Source of the DNA: Macrostomum lignano
Lineage: Eukaryota
Reading direction: 5' to 3'
Assembly: GCA_002269645.1 (NCBI GenBank)
Contig: NIVC01000506.1
Location: 310,001-374,000, forward strand
DNA: 64,000 nt
This document shows positions 60,857 to 64,000 of the stretch, one piece after another; within the stretch, counting starts at the first letter, position 1; each line of letters starts with the position of its first letter. The notes under the pieces were generated by a model that searched no databases, was not told the DNA's origin, and saw nothing but the letters and a program-made list of their open reading frames with translations. The position numbers were made by a program, and so were the translations under genes.

Positions 60857-61237
60857 GCGGCTTCCTGGGGATGGAAAATTGCAGAACAAAATATTTACAT
60901 TTACTCTATTATTTACATTTACTCTATTATTTACATTTACTCTATTATTTACACGCAGGAATCTCGCAGCGCGATCCATTACATTCCAATTTTTGTGTTT
61001 TCTTTGTTTTTTCTTTATAGTAAAGTTAAAGTTCGTTATTTAAACTCAGCTAGTTGGAATATGATATTGGAATTATGAAATACATGGCCATTGCATTGTA
61101 TTGGCGTAAACACATTTCAAATGGCCTTGCTACATTTAGGCAGACTTGGACTCTGAGCATGTCGATGCGAGCTTGTTTATTTTAATCTAAGTTTTAATAT
61201 CTAGCGAACACCCCGGTTGGAGGTTGGAGCTTCTCTA

Positions 61238-61330
61238 CTGCACTCTGGTAGAGAGCGGCTCATATCCAATGCACTCTGGTAGAGAGCGGCTCATATCCAA
61301 TGCACTCTGGTAGAGAGCGGCTTACAAGCA
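61238..61330. repeat. 31-bp repeat x3 (gcggctcatatccaatgcactctggtagaga), with a further copy at 63015-63070
   Basis: Period measured directly (61261 to 61292). Confidence 0.85.
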
Positions 61331-61347
61331 ATGCACCAATGCTTTCT

Positions 61348-63010
61348 ACAGTAGGGCGAGGTCGTCCGCGTAGCCGAGGAGGGACAGCCTCTTCTCCGGG
61401 TTTCGCCGACTGGTGCCTTTGCAGTAGGAAGCCGTCGTCTGCGGTCGGCAAGCCGGTCTTGAGCACCCAGTCCATCAGCAAAACAAAGGAAGGGCACTTC
61501 CTCTTTGCACAGTGTCGCCCTGCAGCACTCCGGAGGTGGTGCTGAACAGGTCCGACGGTCCGTCTGGCGTCGCTATCGCAGCGGTGGTGTCCTGGTACAG
61601 CGCCTTGATGGCGGGAGATCAGCTGCTGCGGTACGTTGAAGGCACGGAGCATGTGAGGCAGCGCACCGCGGGCCACCGAGTCGAAAGCCTTGAGGAAGTC
61701 AAAAAAAGATGACAACTAGACTTGACTGGTGGATCTGCGCTTCCTTGATGAAGCGGCGGAGGGCCAGGATCTGCGTCACTGCGACGACGAGACCGAAATC
61801 CGTTCTGCTCGTACCGCAGGTACGGGTCCAGCACAAGCTGTAACCATGCTAACAGCACCCGGTTGAACAGCTTTGCAGCGCAGGACACAAGCGAGATCCC
61901 GCGATGCTCCTCCATCCGTGTGGCTCCCGGCTTCTTTGGGATGCCGACGATGTTGGCGTGGGTCCACTCGCGGAGCGCGGCACCTTTCGCCAGGACGCTG
62001 TTCATCACGCGGGCCACCTCCATGGCAACCCTTGTGACTCTCAGCGCCTCGACGGGGACTTCGTCCGGACCGGGGGTGCGGCCTTTCGGTGCCTTGCGAG
62101 CGAACTCCACAACGTCGGTGCTGGTCAGCGCCAGTCTTCCTGCCGCGGCAGCGCCACCTCGGGGGGCAGCGGCATCTCGTCCGGCAGAGTCGGCGGTGGC
62201 GCGTTGACAATGGCGGTGAAAAAGGTGCGCAGCTCGTTTCTGCGTTACTCCGCAGTGTCGCCGGCCAGGTTCAACGCTGCCTTCTTCTTGCGACCGGTAA
62301 GGGCGTTCACGACCGGCCAGATAACTCTGTTTTGCCGTTCAGGCCTGACAGATGCAACCGCTCGGATCGCGTCATCAACAGCGGATTGCTGTCGTCTTGT
62401 GTAGGCGTCTGACAGGGCTTTCTCAGCGTCAGATGTTGGTCGCCTGGCACGTCGCAGTTGCTCGACTGTGCGGCGGGCTTTCCGGACCTCCAAGTCGCTC
62501 GCCCAAACCGGAAATTGTCGTGACGCGGGCTCCATTAGCGGCAGAGTCTTGGCAGCGTCAGTAGCGATAGCAGAGCTGATGGCGGCGTAGTCTGGCGCCT
62601 GCGCTGATGATCACAGGGCAGTCGCAAAGGCGTACGCAAACCTGCTGCAGGTGTCCTGATCTTGCAGGGCGCGGAAATATCTTCTGGGGCGTTTTGTCCG
62701 CCTGTACAGCGGGTCGGAAAGCCGCAGGTCGCAGTAGAGCAGGCGGTGATCAGACCAGATGGTCAGGGGGTTCACGGTGTCGCAGTTCTTCAGCCGACTG
62801 CGTTCACGGTAGCGAACCAGCACGTGGTCGAGCTGCGCCAGGCGGGTCGTGGCGAAACGGCCTCGGGCGTTCCGCCTCCTCCGCGCTTGCAGCCGGCGAA
62901 GGTCGCCAGCCGGTAGGGCGGTTTACGGAAACGCGTATTGGCCGACAACAGGTCGAGCCTCGCCATCAGGTCCGCTAGCGCGGTGGTGTTGGCGTTCTGG
63001 CGTGGCGACT
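61348..63010 (-). mobile_element. Internal fragment of an RTE-clade LINE (end of APE to RT YADD), multiply frameshifted
   Basis: ANTRFRKP, LDHVL, IWSDHRLL (APE). KGRTPGPDEVP, KKPG...EHRGISLVSCAAKLFNRVLL, EQNGFR, FFDFLKAFDSV, FVLLMDWVL, GYADDLALL (RT), spread across several frames. Confidence 0.88.
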
Positions 63011-63149
63011 GGTAGAAAGTGGCTCATATCCAATGCACTCTTGCTGCACTCTGGTAGAGAGTGACTCGTGTGCAATTGCACTCTTGGGTAGATTAACGAG
63101 CACCTTCGGAGTATGGCAGTCTTGCGATCCTTTCGTTGCATCCTCTGCT

Positions 63150-63460
63150 AACTGCACTGGACACCTCACAACTAACTACACTGGACACCTCGACCTCACA
63201 ACTAACTACAGTGGACACCTCACAGCTAACTACACTGGACACCTCACAACTAACTACACTGGACACCTCACAGCTAACTACACTGGACACCTCACAACTA
63301 ACTACACTGGACACCTCAGCTAACTACACTGGACACCTCACAGCTCACTACACTGGACACCTCACAGCTAACTACACTGGACACCTCACAACTAACTACA
63401 CTGGACACCTCAGCTAACTACACTGGACACCTCACAGCTCACTACAATGGACACCTCACT
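63150..63460. repeat. 24-bp minisatellite (cactggacacctcacaactaacta)
   Basis: Tandem periodicity. Confidence 0.93.
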
Positions 63461-63835
63461 GGAAACCCAATCCATTTTGAGGCAACATAGCTCATTTCAC
63501 CCAGCGCCCCCTACTTCAAAGTCCTTCAATGCAGTTTTCCATAATTAATATCTTGTTGAAAGTGAACTCAAGTTGAAGCGGTGCCCACGCAAATGTTTTT
63601 AGCTTTGATCAGGCCTCTTGAATTTGCCGATGAAGACAGAAGTCCCGGCCAGTCTTCAAATGACATTCTTTAAAATCTTTGCTTTTTGAATCACAAAGAG
63701 ATCACAAAGACTAGATAAATAATTTTGGTATGTTTTTCATCAGCGCCAATGCACTTCTCTTTTTACATCAATATCTGGATTGTTTCTGCCAGGATCAGAA
63801 GGAAATGTTTGCAGAAGGTTAAAAGCACTCAGAGC

Positions 63836-64000
63836 ACTGTAGCACACTGGCTGTAGCACACTGGCTGTAGCACACTGGCTGTAGCACACTGGCTGTAGCA
63901 CACTGGCTGTAGCACACTGGCTGTAGCACACTGGCTGTAGCACACTGGCTGTAGCACACTGGCTGTAGCACACTGGCTGTAGCACACTGGCTGTAGCACA
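63836..64000. repeat. 14-bp tandem repeat (gtagcacactggct), runs off the window end
   Basis: Perfect tandem copies. Confidence 0.97.

Overview
Animal (eukaryotic) genomic DNA, not prokaryotic. The GC-rich exons, short GT-AG introns filled with minisatellites, and poly-Q/H tracts resemble a free-living flatworm such as Macrostomum. That taxonomic call is an inference from sequence style only. Five protein genes can be reconstructed. (1) A VWDE-like secreted or membrane protein (minus, about 1074 aa, one 2976-bp exon). (2) A MRPL41-like mitochondrial ribosomal protein (minus). (3) An intronless GT-A glycosyltransferase resembling a CAP59/GT69-like family better known from giant viruses, protists and bacteria (plus, HGT candidate). 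(4) A complete 13-exon CHD1 chromatin remodeller (minus, about 1785 aa). (5) A 6-exon PAF-acetylhydrolase (plus), divergent from CHD1. Most of the remainder is mobile DNA: a full-length Ty3/Gypsy element nested in a non-autonomous hAT element inside the 5'UTR intron of the VWDE-like gene, a 5'-truncated APE-RT-RNaseH LINE with a 9-bp TSD, an RTE fragment, a decayed mariner, two CORE-like tRNA SINEs, several MITEs, a probable Penelope remnant with a degenerate hammerhead motif, and more than 15 distinct tandem arrays. No CRISPR, rRNA or intact tRNA gene was found. The best novelty leads are the glycosyltransferase, the nested-TE intron, the CpG-depleted domains, the splice-site-mimicking arrays and the ribozyme-like motifs. 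None amounts to a demonstrated new system.
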